Source: Catajapyx aquilonaris (lineage: Eukaryota). From it: a DNA stretch of 20,000 nucleotides. Under the pieces are notes generated by a model. That model did no database searches. It had not been told where the DNA came from and saw only the letters and a program-made list of their open reading frames with translations. This document shows, piece after piece, positions 19,276 to 20,000 of this stretch. The stretch lies in contig JYFJ02001491.1 of NCBI GenBank assembly GCA_000934665.2, positions 58,655-78,654 on the forward strand, in the 5' to 3' direction. Made by a program: the position numbers and the translations under genes. Within the stretch, counting starts at the first letter, position 1. Each line of letters begins with the position of its first letter.

Positions 19276-20000
19276 GTTACTTACAATGCGAACGAAAATA
19301 ATTCACACTCGAGCATATAGTCCACGTTGAGACCAAAAAAATATTTGTTCTTAAAATTCCCAGTATAATGTGGATATCACTTTTAACTTGATGACATACC
19401 TCACCACCTTGTATGTGAGTTTCAAAATAGATTACTGACTTGGTAAAAAAAATATGTTATATGCATACTGTACTAATAGACACACTAAACATAGCCATAC
19501 AATTAACACTGCAGTAATAGTTAAATAGTTTAGGACTTATGTATACAGTTTGAAACTAAATCTTTGTGTGATTTTGAAGACAGAATAAAGCAGTTCGCAA
19601 TAACACGAGTCTTACAATTATTCTTCCCTCAGAAACTCACTTGTCAGATGCAGCTTCAGCACTTCTGGTTATTTGAATCATATAACCATATTTAGAGCAA
19701 AAACCATGTAAGTGACATAGTCAGTTTTTAGACAATTTGAAAAATTAGAGGAAGATTTAGATTATATGTGATGACGCACACATAATAATTTTATAACTTA
19801 TAATGCTACTGTCAAATTCAAGCTTCAACTTGAATTTTCTCAGAACTCTCCTTTTGCATTTATACCTTGCCTTTGCACGGAGGTACCGGTATTCAATTAT
19901 ACTCTACCGTAATAAACTTCTCTATAAATTATGGATGCAGCAAAGATCAGTACTCTTTCATGTTTCAAGCCTCTGCAGGACGAATGAAGGTTAATCTACA

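Noticed and set aside
1..20000. Prokaryotic-type systems (CRISPR array, operon, autonomous transposase or RT)
   Set aside because: No repeat-spacer array or such ORFs; the window is explained by intron-containing eukaryotic genes and non-autonomous repeats.

Overview
Eukaryotic genomic DNA, apparently from an arthropod and probably a non-drosophilid insect (many ~57-60 nt GT-AG introns, tRNA-SINEs, MITEs). Two divergently oriented spliced genes are present. On the minus strand is the 5' part of ATRX/XNP: ten phase-consistent coding exons from 8436 to the window edge (~1265 codons) encoding an ADD zinc finger, a long acidic/basic linker and the start of the SNF2 ATPase, plus a probable first exon/promoter near 12.4-12.6 kb. 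On the plus strand is a complete 9-exon troponin I gene (15701-19275, ~230 aa). Its N-terminal/IT-arm part is conventional, but its normally near-invariant inhibitory/switch region is strongly rewritten and it has only one copy of the usually multiplied exon 6, so it looks like a divergent TnI paralog; this is the most interesting item. Introns and the intergenic region carry a PIF/Harbinger-like element with a ~300-bp-arm internal hairpin, a piggyBac-like MITE, TA-flanked MITEs and two back-to-back tRNA-derived SINEs. Gene models were built by hand from splice signals and frame phase. Reference protein comparisons are from memory, not database searches.
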